From an uncultured Planctomycetaceae bacterium (GTDB lineage Bacteria; Planctomycetota; Planctomycetia; Isosphaerales; Isosphaeraceae): DNA of 64,000 nt. How positions within the stretch are numbered: position 1 is the stretch's first letter; every line of letters begins with the position of its first letter. Location: positions 3,424,001 to 3,488,000 of the forward strand of contig CAWIAD010000001.1 in NCBI GenBank assembly GCA_963833985.1, read 5' to 3'. A model generated the notes under the pieces. That model worked only from the letters and a program-made list of their open reading frames with translations. It searched no databases and was not told the origin of the DNA. Of the stretch, positions 41,548-51,990 are shown piece by piece. Made by a program: the position numbers and the translations under genes.

Positions 41548-44130
41548 GTGACGGATACTTCATCGAGCCATCCTGCTGCGTCGGATCGGAGCTCCGAGAT
41601 GGTCGCTCGATCGCAGCTTGGCATGGCGCTGCGGCGCGCGCGCTGGACAATTTTCTGGGAGCGGTTGTGGCCGGCACTGGCCCGGCTCGTCACGGTCATC
41701 GGTTTGTTCCTGACCGTTTCGTGGCTCGGGCTATGGCTTTGGTTGCCGCCGCTTGCGCGCGCGGCCGGCTTGTCGGCATTTGCGATCCTTGCGCTCGCGG
41801 CGATCATTCCATTCCTTTCCCTGCGCGTGCCCGCCGCCGTCGATGCGCTGCGCCGGCTCGATCGCGGCAGCGGCGTTCGACATCGGCCAGCGACGACGAT
41901 CGCCGACGAACTCGCCGTCACGTCAACGGATCCCTATTCGCTCGCGTTGTGGCGGGCGCACGTGGAGCGCACCCTTGCCGAGGCCCGCGCATTCAGGGCG
42001 GGATGGCCGTCGCCCCGCCTTTCGCTACGCGATCCCTATGCGCTGCGCGGTCTCGTTCTTATTGCCGCGATCGCTACCTTCATCGCCGCCGGCGGCGAGC
42101 ATTGGAAGCGCGTCGCGGCGGCGTTCGACTGGCAGGGCGTTGTGCTGCCGGCGAATTTCCGCGTCGATGCCTGGGTGACGCCGCCAGCCTATACCAGCAA
42201 GCCGCCGATCATGCTCGCCGGCATGCACCCCGGCGAGGTCGCGCGGCAGGACGCGGATGCAGGCGAGCCGGTGTCCGTTCCCGCTGGCAGCACGCTCGTT
42301 GTGCGCGCGACGGGCAAGCTCAATCTCGACATTGCCGGCACCGGCGGCGTCACGCCGGCCGCCGAAAAGGTCCAGGCTCCCGCCGGCACACAGGAGTATC
42401 GGTTCAAGATCGCGACGACAGGAGCCGCGACTTTGCGCGGCGTCGGTGACGATCTGACCTGGGCGTTCAACGTCATTCCCGACAAGCCGCCGACGATCTC
42501 GCTCGCCAAGGATCCCGAGCAGGAGGCGCGCGGCTCGCTGCTTTTGTCCTACCGGCTCGAAGACGATTATGGGGTCACCGAGGCGCGCGCCACTTTCACA
42601 CGCAAGGACGATCCGGCGTCGAAAGGCGATGCCGCTCGTCCGCTGTTCGGTCCGCCCGAGTTCGCGCTGGTGCTGCCGCAGGCGCGCACCAAAAGCGGAA
42701 CCGGGCAGACCATCAAGGATCTCACCGACCATCCCTGGGCCGGGGCCGAAGTGACGATGACCCTTGTCGCCCGCGACGAGGCCGGCAACGAAGGCAACAG
42801 CGAACCGTTCACCTTCCGCCTTCCCGAACGCGTTTTTACCAAGCCGCTGGCGCGCGCGTTGGTCGAGCAGCGGCGCAATCTGGCGCTTGACGCCGGCGCC
42901 CGCCCGCTCGTCACCACCGCGCTCGACGCCTTGGCGATGGCGCCGGAAAAATTTACGCCAGACCCCGGCATCTATCTTGGGCTGCGCTCGATCTTCTGGT
43001 CGCTCATTCGCGCCAAGACCGACGACGATTTGCGCGAAGTCACCAAGCGGCTCTGGCAGATGGCGGTCGGCATCGAGGACGGCGATATCTCTGACGCGCA
43101 AGCCAGTTTGCGCAGCGCCGAGGAGGCACTGCGGCAGGCGCTCGAACGCGGCGCCACCGACCAGGAAATCAAGCAGCTCATGGATCAGCTGCGCGCCGCT
43201 ATGGACCGCTTCCTGCAGTCGATGCAGGAACAAATGAAAAATAATCAGCAGCTCGCCCGCCCGCTCGACCGCAATGCGCGGACGTTAAGCCAACGGGATT
43301 TGAAGAGCATGCTCGATCGCCTCGAGAACATGGCGCGCAACGGTTCCAGGGACGCGGCGAAACAGCTTTTGCAGCAGCTCCAGCAGATGATGGAGAATCT
43401 GCAAATGGCGTCGCCGGACCAGAACGGCGACGAGATGGACGATATGATGTCGCAGCTCGACGAGCTCGGCGACATGATCGGCAAGCAGCAGGATTTGCGC
43501 GACCGCACGTTCCGCCAAGGCCAGAACCAGCGCCGGCAAAACGGCCAGCACGGCCAGCAGGGAAAGCAGGGGCAGGACCAGCAGCAGGACGAATCCCTGA
43601 GCGACCTGCAACAAAACCAGCAGGCGCTGCGCGACCGGCTCAAGAAGCTGCTCGAAGAGCTCAAGAACCACGGCCTTGGCCAGAACGGGCAAGGCCAGCA
43701 GGGTGAGCGTAGCGACGGCCAGAACGGCATGGACCAGCTTGGTCAGGCCGGCGAGGCCATGGGCGAAGCCGAGGGCCAGCTTGGCGACGGCAATTCCGAA
43801 GGTGCCGTCGATTCCCAGGCGCGTGCGCTCGATGCCTTGCGCAAGGGCGCGCAGGGCCTCGCCCAATCCATGCAGCAGCAACTCGGACAGGGTCCCGGTC
43901 CCGGGCAGAATGGCCGGCTCGGACAGCCGCGGGCGCAGCGCGACACCGACCCGCTTGGCCGTCCGCTGCGCGGGCGCGACTATGGCGATGACGTCACGGT
44001 GAAAGTGCCGGGCGAGATCGACGTGCAACGCGCGCGACGCATCATCGAGGAACTGCGCCGTCGCTATGGCGACGTGCTGCGCCCGCAGGAAGAGCTCGAC
44101 TACATCGAGCGACTGCTTAAGGATTATTGA
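41548..44130 (+). CDS. TIGR02302 family (DUF4175) protein
   Basis: FWERLWP, DPYALRG, DAWVTPPAYT, DDYG, Q/G-rich coiled coil, DPLGRP, ELDYIERLL. Confidence 0.9.
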   Translation: MTDTSSSHPAASDRSSEMVARSQLGMALRRARWTIFWERLWPALARLVTVIGLFLTVSWLGLWLWLPPLARAAGLSAFAILALAAIIPFLSLRVPAAVDALRRLDRGSGVRHRPATTIADELAVTSTDPYSLALWRAHVERTLAEARAFRAGWPSPRLSLRDPYALRGLVLIAAIATFIAAGGEHWKRVAAAFDWQGVVLPANFRVDAWVTPPAYTSKPPIMLAGMHPGEVARQDADAGEPVSVPAGSTLVVRATGKLNLDIAGTGGVTPAAEKVQAPAGTQEYRFKIATTGAATLRGVGDDLTWAFNVIPDKPPTISLAKDPEQEARGSLLLSYRLEDDYGVTEARATFTRKDDPASKGDAARPLFGPPEFALVLPQARTKSGTGQTIKDLTDHPWAGAEVTMTLVARDEAGNEGNSEPFTFRLPERVFTKPLARALVEQRRNLALDAGARPLVTTALDALAMAPEKFTPDPGIYLGLRSIFWSLIRAKTDDDLREVTKRLWQMAVGIEDGDISDAQASLRSAEEALRQALERGATDQEIKQLMDQLRAAMDRFLQSMQEQMKNNQQLARPLDRNARTLSQRDLKSMLDRLENMARNGSRDAAKQLLQQLQQMMENLQMASPDQNGDEMDDMMSQLDELGDMIGKQQDLRDRTFRQGQNQRRQNGQHGQQGKQGQDQQQDESLSDLQQNQQALRDRLKKLLEELKNHGLGQNGQGQQGERSDGQNGMDQLGQAGEAMGEAEGQLGDGNSEGAVDSQARALDALRKGAQGLAQSMQQQLGQGPGPGQNGRLGQPRAQRDTDPLGRPLRGRDYGDDVTVKVPGEIDVQRARRIIEELRRRYGDVLRPQEELDYIERLLKDY

Positions 44131-44258
44131 GTGGCGTCGGGCAGGCCGTGCGGTAGTTTCTGCCGCAATTGTTAATTTCTTCCAACTGAATGTTAACGCT
44201 TCCTTGCTAGCAACGTCTGCGTCGACCGCATTCCGCCTGCGGCGCCGCAGAGGTATTT

Positions 44259-45665
44259 GTGGCATCCATCGGTTCCGAGCACGCTCCGCGTCCGGTCTGG
44301 CGCGCGTCCGTCCCCTGGGGCGAAGAAATCCGGCGCGCAATCGCGCAGGGGCGCGCGCTCCTTACCGACACCGGCGACTCCTCCCTGATACACCGTCTCG
44401 CCGGCGCGGCTTTTCTCATCCGCGTCATCAGCGCAGCCATAACCTTCGTGTCGCAGATACTGCTGGCGCGCTGGATGGGCAGCTTTGATTTCGGCATCTT
44501 CATCTACGGCTGGACTTGGCTGTTGTTGATCGGCGCCATGGTCGATCTCGGGCTCGGCTCGTCGGCGCAACGCTTCATCCCCGAATACACCGAGCACAAG
44601 CAGTTCGCTTTACTGCGCGGATTTCTCAGCGGCAGCCGCTGGCTGGCGTTGCTGTTCGGGACGATTGCCGGCGCCGCCGCCGCCCTCGCGGTGAGGCTGC
44701 TGAGGTCGCATATCGATCCGGCGGCCGTCATCCCTCTCTACCTTTCCTGCGCGTCGCTGCCGATGTTCGGTGTTTGGTCGGTGCAGAGTGGCATCGCGCG
44801 CTCTTACAACTGGGTCAATCTCGGACTGTCACCCGTTTACGTGCAGCGCCAGCTCCTGCTGCTCGGGCTGATGGGTCTCGCCTACGGGCTCGGCTTGCGG
44901 ACCGACGCCGTAACGGCGACCGCCATCGGCGTCGTCGCACTTATCAGCGTCGGTATCGGACAGATTGCCGTTCTCAATCGCCGTCTGTCGGGCGTGGTCG
45001 AAAACGGCCCGAAAGCTTTTGCGGCACGCACGTGGTTGGCGATCTCGCTGCCGATTTTCATGGTCGAAGCGTTCTATTATTTGTTGACCTATTCCGACGT
45101 CATCGTGGTCGCGCAATTCCGCCCGGCCGACGAGGTTGCCGTCTACTATGCCGCCGCCAAAACAATCGCGCTTGTCTCGTTCATCTACTACTCGGTCTCG
45201 CAGACGATCGCGCACAAGTTTGTCGAGTACGATGTCAGCGGCGACCGCGCAGGGCTGATCGCTTTTCTCAATCAGTCCGTGCGTCTGACGTTCTGGCCGT
45301 CGCTCGTTGTGATCGTCGGCCTGCTTGCCCTCGGCCATCCCCTGCTGCGATTGTTCGGCCACGAATTCGTCTCCGGCTATTACCTGATGTTCATCATCGC
45401 GATCGGGCTTCTGGCCCGCGCGTCGGTCGGACCGGCGGAACGGCTTCTCAATATGCTCGGCGAGCGGCAATCGTGCGCGCTGGTTTACGCCGGTTCGTTC
45501 GCGCTCAGCATCAGCCTGTGCATTTTGCTGATCCCGCGGCTGGGACTTGCAGGCGCCGCGATCGCGAGCTCGGTGGCACTGGTATTTGAATCGGTGAGCC
45601 TCTTCCTCGTCGCCAAGCACCGCCTGGGGCTGCACTGCTTCATTTTCGGCGGGCCCAAAGCTTAA
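44259..45665 (+). CDS. Polysaccharide flippase (Wzx/MOP family)
   Basis: ILLARWMGSFDFGIF, DLGLG, about 12-14 TM segments, LIPRLGLAGAAIA. Confidence 0.85.
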   Translation: MASIGSEHAPRPVWRASVPWGEEIRRAIAQGRALLTDTGDSSLIHRLAGAAFLIRVISAAITFVSQILLARWMGSFDFGIFIYGWTWLLLIGAMVDLGLGSSAQRFIPEYTEHKQFALLRGFLSGSRWLALLFGTIAGAAAALAVRLLRSHIDPAAVIPLYLSCASLPMFGVWSVQSGIARSYNWVNLGLSPVYVQRQLLLLGLMGLAYGLGLRTDAVTATAIGVVALISVGIGQIAVLNRRLSGVVENGPKAFAARTWLAISLPIFMVEAFYYLLTYSDVIVVAQFRPADEVAVYYAAAKTIALVSFIYYSVSQTIAHKFVEYDVSGDRAGLIAFLNQSVRLTFWPSLVVIVGLLALGHPLLRLFGHEFVSGYYLMFIIAIGLLARASVGPAERLLNMLGERQSCALVYAGSFALSISLCILLIPRLGLAGAAIASSVALVFESVSLFLVAKHRLGLHCFIFGGPKA

Positions 45666-45675
45666 AGGCGCATGC

Positions 45676-46947
45676 ATGGCGATCAGAGCCCCGGCCAATC
45701 AGGCGCCAGCCATTGCGCTCGATAGCGCCGCCTCGGCGATCGCCAGCGCCCGCCGCGCCGTCCTCGCCGATCGCTACGCCGCGAATTCATTTTCCGTCGA
45801 ATGGCGGGATCTGGCGCAACTGACGCCGATCGTCGACGAGTGGCGCACCCTTGCGACCCGCGCGCTCCAGCCGAATGTTTTCTACGAGCCGGCCTTTGCG
45901 CTCGCTGCAGCGCCGGTGTTCGGGCGCGGTGCCGGCGCGATGCTGGTCTGGTCGGGAACCGAACCGCGCCGGCTCCTTGGCTTCTTTCCTGCGCGCGTCG
46001 AAAAGCGGCGTTACGGCGTCAACCTGCCGGTCCTTGTCGGCTGGACGCATCCCTACGCGCCGTTCGGCGTGCCATTGGTCGAGCGCGAGGCTGCCGAGCC
46101 GATCACGGCTGCCTGGCTGGCGCACCTCGCCGCCGATGCAACGCTGCCGGGATTGCTGCTGCTGCCCTATCTGCCGGTCGACAGTCCATTCGCCTCGGCG
46201 CTTGAGGCAATCGGCAGGCGCGCGCAGATGCCGACCGCCGATTTCGATCGCCATGAGCGGGCTCAGCTGGCGCCGAGCCGCGAACGGTCGCATTACGTCG
46301 AGCAGGCGCTTAGCAAGCACCACCATAAAGAGTTGCGCCGGTGCTGGCGGCGTTTGAGCGAGACCGGCGCCGTGTTGCTTACCACTGCGACCGAGCCCGC
46401 AGCCGTGGCCGCCGCGATTGAGGACTTCTTGACCCTCGAAGCGAGCGGCTGGAAGGGCAGGGCTGGCACTGCCGCGGCCGGCCGCCCGGATCTTAACAGC
46501 TTCATGCGCGCGGCAGTCGGTAGTCTCGCCGCGGAAGGCAAGGTGTCGATTGACTGCATGCGGGTCGATGGACGCGCGATTGCAACGACGATCATTCTGC
46601 GTTCAGGGTCTTGCGCCTGGTTCTGGAAGATCGCGTACGATGAGGCATTTGCCCGTTTCTCGCCGGGCGTCATCCTCAGTGCCGTGATCACCGACGAACT
46701 CGCCGACGACGCAACCATCGTGCGCACGGACTCCTGCGCCACCGCCAATCACCCGATGATCGATCGTCTCTGGCGCGAACGGCTGGCGCTGTGCAATCGC
46801 CTGATCGCTGTCCGCCCGCAAGCGCCGTTCTCGCTCGCCCGTGGTCTGGAAGGGCTGCGCTCGGCCGCCATTGCCGCCGCCAGGAACGTTCGCGAACGAA
46901 TTCGCCCCCGAAAGCGCCGCAACGATCGGCCAGCGACCATTCATTAA
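45676..46947 (+). CDS. GNAT N-acetyltransferase (CelD/BcsL-like)
   Basis: NVFYEPAF, FLTLEASGWKG, WKIAYDEAFARFSPG, DSCA. Confidence 0.85.
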   Translation: MAIRAPANQAPAIALDSAASAIASARRAVLADRYAANSFSVEWRDLAQLTPIVDEWRTLATRALQPNVFYEPAFALAAAPVFGRGAGAMLVWSGTEPRRLLGFFPARVEKRRYGVNLPVLVGWTHPYAPFGVPLVEREAAEPITAAWLAHLAADATLPGLLLLPYLPVDSPFASALEAIGRRAQMPTADFDRHERAQLAPSRERSHYVEQALSKHHHKELRRCWRRLSETGAVLLTTATEPAAVAAAIEDFLTLEASGWKGRAGTAAAGRPDLNSFMRAAVGSLAAEGKVSIDCMRVDGRAIATTIILRSGSCAWFWKIAYDEAFARFSPGVILSAVITDELADDATIVRTDSCATANHPMIDRLWRERLALCNRLIAVRPQAPFSLARGLEGLRSAAIAAARNVRERIRPRKRRNDRPATIH

Positions 46948-47003
46948 CCGTAAAACAACCCTTCAACGATTAACATCAGTTAGCTCATCCGGACGCGCAT
47001 GCC

Positions 47004-48479
47004 ATGTTTCGCGGTCATACCCTGACCAAGACCATTCGCCAGTGGGGCCTCATCGTTTGGACCGGCGTTGGCGGCTTCGCCGTCGGCATCGCCGGCTTCG
47101 CATTCTTCGGCCTCGACGGAATCTTAAGCGCGCTGAACGCGCTACCCGCTGTCGTGGCTGGCATCATCCTGTCCGGTCTTCTTGCGATTGCCACGCTCGC
47201 CATCGGCGCGCTGTTTGCACTTTCGCGCGAACGCTGGCGCAATCGGATGTCGAGGATCGCGCTCAATAACATGACGCAAGGCCTGTGCATGTTCGACAGG
47301 TCGGCGCATCTTGTTCTCTGCAACATGCGTTACATCGAAATGCACCACTTGCGGCGCGAGCAATTGCGGGGCGGCATGCCGCTGCGCGAGATGCTGGTTC
47401 TCCGCAGCCACCAGGGTACGTTCTCCGGCGATCCGGACAGCTACGCCGAAAGTTGCCTCAGGGAGGCCGCCGAAGGCCGCACCGGAACGAAAACGATCAG
47501 GTTCGACGACGGGCGCATTATCGCGTTGGCCCAGCGGCCGCTGCGGGGCGGCGGTTGGGTAACGACGCACACCGACATCACCGAAAAACTCGCAGCCGAG
47601 GAGGAGCGCGATACGCTCCGCATACGCGAGGAGCGCCGCATAGCGATCGACGCGGATATCGCTTCCTTCCGCGGCCGGGTCGAGAACGTCATCAAGGTCG
47701 TCGGACAAAGCGCGGCTGCGATGAAGGCGGCAGCCAAAAGTCTGCTGACGACGTCGGACCATACGCTGCACCGCGCCGAAGGCGCCGTGCACGGATCGAA
47801 TAACGCCTCCGCCAATGTCGAGACGGCGGCGGCAGCCGCCGAGGAATTGTCCGCTTCGATCAAGGAGATCAGCCGTCGCCTGGCGCAGACAAACCAGATC
47901 GTGCGCGGCGCCGCCGCCGATGCCACCGCGACCAACGACGACATCACCGCACTGGCCAAGGTCGCACAGCGGATCGGCGACGTGGTCAAACTCATTCAGG
48001 ATATCGCCGAGCAGACGAATCTTCTGGCGCTCAATGCGACGATCGAGGCGGCGCGCGCCGGCGACGCCGGGCGCGGCTTCGCCGTGGTCGCGTCGGAGGT
48101 GAAGTCGCTCGCCGTCCAGACGGCGAAGGCGACCGAGGAAATCACCAAGGAGATCCTGTCGGTTCAGAGCTCGACCGGCGATGCCGTCACTGCGATCCGC
48201 GCGATCACGGAGCGGATGCAGGAAATCAACGCCCACACGTCGGAAGTCGTCGGCGCCATCGCGCAGCAGGAAGTGGCGACCGGAGAAATTTCACGCAATG
48301 TGGCGAGCGCGGCCATCGGCAGCAAAAACGTCGTCGCGACGCTCGGCGAGGTCGCAAGCGGGATGACGCAAACGCGCAGCTCGGCGCAGACTGTGCTGGC
48401 GGCTTCGGAAGAAGTCGAGAACGCTACCGTCAGGCTGCGCGGCGAGGTCGAGGATTTCCTCCGCACCGTGACGGCTTAG
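47004..48479 (+). CDS. Methyl-accepting chemotaxis protein with PAS domain
   Basis: Two TM helices, [13 protein letters not shown]...[10 protein letters not shown] (PAS), [34 protein letters not shown]. Confidence 0.93.
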   Translation: MFRGHTLTKTIRQWGLIVWTGVGGFAVGIAGFAFFGLDGILSALNALPAVVAGIILSGLLAIATLAIGALFALSRERWRNRMSRIALNNMTQGLCMFDRSAHLVLCNMRYIEMHHLRREQLRGGMPLREMLVLRSHQGTFSGDPDSYAESCLREAAEGRTGTKTIRFDDGRIIALAQRPLRGGGWVTTHTDITEKLAAEEERDTLRIREERRIAIDADIASFRGRVENVIKVVGQSAAAMKAAAKSLLTTSDHTLHRAEGAVHGSNNASANVETAAAAAEELSASIKEISRRLAQTNQIVRGAAADATATNDDITALAKVAQRIGDVVKLIQDIAEQTNLLALNATIEAARAGDAGRGFAVVASEVKSLAVQTAKATEEITKEILSVQSSTGDAVTAIRAITERMQEINAHTSEVVGAIAQQEVATGEISRNVASAAIGSKNVVATLGEVASGMTQTRSSAQTVLAASEEVENATVRLRGEVEDFLRTVTA

Positions 48480-48530
48480 AGCATGATCCGGAAAGGGGTG
48501 GGGAGTCCGCTTTCCGAAAATGATCATGCT
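48477..48530 (+). repeat. Rhizobiales-type palindromic element supplying the MCP stop codon
   Basis: TAGAGCATGATCCGGAAAGGGGTGGGGAGTCCGCTTTCCGAAAATGATCATGCT. Confidence 0.75.
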
Positions 48531-48618
48531 CCGTCAAGAAGCTTGAGCGCCAATCGCTTCAATCTAAGACAATGATGCTCAAGGCGCGCCTTCCTCCCGC
48601 GAACGTTCCAAAAGAAGC

Positions 48619-50419
48619 TCAGCGGCCTGCCGCATAACCCTGCATGCCGCGCGGATTGGCGGCGGCGCGGCGGCGTTTGCCGTCTCGGACCGCGGCCGTA
48701 AGCCGGCCTTCCGACCAGTCCGGACCGACTTCAACGATGTGGCCGCGGCGCTTGAGTTCGGCGATGGTTTCTCGCGGCTATGCGGCCCTCGACGACCAGC
48801 ACGCCTGGCCGCGCCGCGCGTGGCCAGAACGACGAAGGGAAATGCTCGGAATGCCAGGCGGGTGCGTCGATCGCCTCCTGAAGGTTAAAGCCGGCATGGA
48901 CGTGACGCAGGAAAAGCTGGGTGATCCACTGGTCTTGCTGGTCGCCGCCCGGCGTGCCGCAGGCGAGGTAAGGTTCTCCGTCGCGCAGCGCGAGCGTCGG
49001 CGTGAGCGTGGTGCGCGGCCGTTTGCCTGGCGCGAGCGCGGCGGGATGACCTTCTTCGAGCCAGAACATTTGCGCGCGCGTGCCGAGGCAGAAGCCGAGT
49101 TCGGGAATGACCGGCGACGATTGCAGCCAGCCGCCCGAAGGCGTGGCCGAGACCATGTTGCCGGCTTGATCGACGATGTCGAAATGCACGGTGTCGCCGC
49201 GCGTGCCGCCGAGCCTGCCGACGGTTGGTTCGCCCGCTCCGGCGGCGGTGCCCGTACCTGGCGCGCCTTGGCGCGGCAGCTTGATCAGTGAGCCAAAGCC
49301 CTCGATCGATCCAGGACGTAGTTGCAGCGAAGCGGAGTCGCCGACGAGTCCGCGGCGCTCGGAATTGTAGGCGTCGGAGAGGAGCGTCGCGGTCGGCACC
49401 GCGACGAAGTCCGGATCACCATAGAACGCCTCACGGTCGGCAAAGGCGAGCTTTGCGCACTCGACCTGCAAATGGATGAAGTCGGCGCCGGTGGGGTCGA
49501 GATGGCCGATCTCGAAACCTTTGAGCAGTGCAAGTTGCTGCAACATCACCGGGCCTTGGCCCCACGGCCCGGTCTTGCAGACCGTGTAGCGCCCGTAATC
49601 GTAGCTCAGCGGCGCTTCGACGCTTGGCGTCCAGCCTGCCATGTCGTCGGCGGCGAGCACGCCGCGGTGGCGTCTTCCGCTCGCGTCCATCACCTCTTGC
49701 GTGCGGCAGAAACGATCGATCGCCTCGGCGACGAAGCCCCGCGACCAGGTTTTTCGTGCCTGTTCGATTTGCGCGATCCGATCGCCGCCGGCGCCTTCGG
49801 CTTCCGCGAGGATGCGGAGATAGGTCGACGCCAGCGCCTTGTTGGCGAACAGCGTTCCCGTCGCCGGTACGGCCCCGTTCGGCAGATACACCGCCGCCGA
49901 CGACGGCCAATGCTCGCGGAAAAGTTCCGCGACCGCCGCGATGGTGGCATTGGCGCGCTCAACCAGTGGATGGCCATTTTGCGCATATTCGATTGCTGGC
50001 GAGATGACCTCGCGTAACGGCATGGTGCCGTAGTCGCGCAGCAGCAGCATCCAGGTCTCGAAGGTTCCGGGTACGCAGGCGGCGAGCAGGCCGGTGCCGG
50101 GCACGAGGTCGAGCCCTTCGCTGCGGTAATGCGCGATGGTCGCGCCGGCCGGCGCCGGTCCCTGGCCGCAGATCACTTCCGGCTTGCCGCGCCGCACGTC
50201 ATGAACGATGACCGGCACATCGCCGCCCGGGCCGTTGAGATGCGGTTCGACGACCTGAAGCGTGAATGCGGTGGCGACGGCGGCGTCGAACGCGTTGCCG
50301 CCTTTCTCCAGCGCCGCCATGCCGACGGCCGTCGCGATCCAGTGCGTCGAAGCGACGACACCGAACGTGCCTTCGATTTCCGGACGCGTGGTGAACGGGT
50401 TGGGGTTGATGACGCTCAT
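48619..50419 (-). CDS. Gamma-glutamyltransferase family protein (frameshift near 48778)
   Basis: GGNAFDAAVA, NGPGGD, GDTVHFD (catalytic Thr), PGKRPRTTLTP, GTPGGDQQ; ends GMQGYAAGR*. Confidence 0.9.
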
Positions 50420-50468
50420 TCGGGCGGCAAAATAACACGCCGCCCGCTTGCTGCCATCAGAACGCTCT

Positions 50469-50972
50469 TTAGCTTGCGCCGGGAGCGGTCGGCACGAACT
50501 TCAACGCCGCACCATTCATGCAATAGCGCAGGCCGGTAGGCTTCGGGCCATCATTGAAGACGTGTCCCAGATGTCCGCCGCAGCGGTGGCACGAGACTGC
50601 CGTCCGCGTCATGCCGAACGAGGTGTCCCGCGTTTCGTCGACTGCTTTATCGAGCGGCGCCCAAAAGCTCGGCCAGCCGGTGCCGCTGTCATACTTGGTC
50701 TTCGATGCGTAGAGTGGCAAGTCGCAGCCGCCGCAGGTGAACGTGCCGGCGCGGTGCTCGTCGAGGAGTTTACTGGTGAACGGCCGCTCGGTCCCTTCGT
50801 GGCGGAGCACCTCGTAGGCATCGGGGCTGAGAAGTTTCTTCCATTCCTCGTCGGTGTGCGTGACCTCGTAATTCGTTGCGGCCTTGGCGGCATGCGCAAA
50901 GGTGAAGCGGCTTAGAACGAGCGCCGCCAATCCGGCCGCGCCCGCAAAGAGTGCATGTCTGCGTGTGAGCAT
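50469..50972 (-). CDS. msrB: Peptide-methionine (R)-S-oxide reductase with Tat signal
   Basis: TRRHALF Tat motif; GTERPF, SGTGWPSF, HLGHVFNDGP, RYCMNG. Confidence 0.93.
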   Translation of the reverse strand: MLTRRHALFAGAAGLAALVLSRFTFAHAAKAATNYEVTHTDEEWKKLLSPDAYEVLRHEGTERPFTSKLLDEHRAGTFTCGGCDLPLYASKTKYDSGTGWPSFWAPLDKAVDETRDTSFGMTRTAVSCHRCGGHLGHVFNDGPKPTGLRYCMNGAALKFVPTAPGAS

Positions 50973-51160
50973 TTGCTGTCCTCCACGAGCATGATCCCTG
51001 GACGCGGAGATCATGTTCCAGCTGCAAATCACTATGCCGGTCTATAACGGAGGTCACACTGGCCGTCACGACGGGAAGCGGTCACGAACGCGGCAACACT
51101 TGGTGAAGTGTGCGTTCCCCGCGATGACGGAATGGGGAGCCGAAGGGCCTCATAGGCGCC

Positions 51161-51670
51161 TTAAATCTTGCGGCTGTCATAGGCCCAATGAAGCAGCGCC
51201 TGGCGTTGGCGCGGCCGACAGGTAACGTCACCGGGCTCGCAATGGCGCTGAATTTGCCGCACATGGCGGCGAATGGCCTTCCAGCGCTTGATCTGCCGAG
51301 CGTCTTCGTCGGGGATCCGGCGGCCCGCATAGTAGCGGCAATACCACTGAAACCAGCCGCGCGGATCGTCCGGATGAATCCACCCCTTTTTGCGCCAGAC
51401 TGACAAAGGCTGGCTGGCGTCGACGCCAAAGTAGTTCAGCGAGCGGTCACGGCTTTTCTTGGCGAGCTTCGCGCTGCCGAACCAGCGGCGCGGAAACTCC
51501 TCGGCGCAGTCGGTCATATACTTGCCGCCGAACACGCCTAGTCGCAGCATTTCCGCCGGAGTTAATTCCGGGCGGAAGTCGGGATCGAAATCACGCCCGG
51601 GCGGTGCCGTCAGGATGTAGCGATAGCCGCGCTGCATCTTGTCGTTCACCGTGACGGTTTTGGCTCGCAT
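51161..51670 (-). CDS. Conserved hypothetical protein
   Basis: LTPAEMLRLGVFGGKY, NYFGVDASQ, DPRGWFQWYCRYY, RQRQALLHWAYD. Confidence 0.75.
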   Translation of the reverse strand: MRAKTVTVNDKMQRGYRYILTAPPGRDFDPDFRPELTPAEMLRLGVFGGKYMTDCAEEFPRRWFGSAKLAKKSRDRSLNYFGVDASQPLSVWRKKGWIHPDDPRGWFQWYCRYYAGRRIPDEDARQIKRWKAIRRHVRQIQRHCEPGDVTCRPRQRQALLHWAYDSRKI

Positions 51671-51746
51671 GAAATTATTCTGCGAAATTTATCCGGCATT
51701 TTCTTGCTGCGAATCTCCCGTTTCGTCGCAAAATATTCCACGCACG

Positions 51747-51777
51747 AAAAAAACCGGGCCTCAAGCGGGCCCGGTTC
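51747..51777 (-). terminator. Intrinsic terminator
   Basis: AACCGGGCC-CGCTTGA-GGCCCGGTT followed by a T-run. Confidence 0.85.
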
Positions 51778-51873
51778 TCAAGTTCGCCAGCGTGGGGGCG
51801 CCGGCATTCACCTTCCAGAGGGAAGAACTGCATGAATGCGGTTGTTGATCTGGGAGGATCCGAGGCAACCGCG
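51747..51873 (-). ncRNA. AbcR/alpha-r15-like small RNA
   Basis: Hairpin with CCUCCCA loop, hairpin with UUCCCUCUGGAAGGU, third hairpin with CCCCCA loop, then a Rho-independent terminator; directly downstream of trxB-LysR as in the rhizobial lsrB/abcR locus. Confidence 0.75.
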
Positions 51874-51933
51874 CCGCGCAGCAATTTTGCAAATATGCAA
51901 AGAGCTTCCGCACCGCACAATATGGCGATGCAC

Positions 51934-51946
51934 ATGCCAGCCATGC
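51934..51946 (-). promoter_or_regulatory. VtlR/LsrB-type binding site upstream of the sRNA
   Basis: GCATGGCTGGCAT fits GCAT-N3-TG-N3-T, about 60 bp upstream of the predicted sRNA start. Confidence 0.55.
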
Positions 51947-51990
51947 AATACGTCATTGCGCGTAGCGAGATGCGCCGCGGCTGCGGAACT

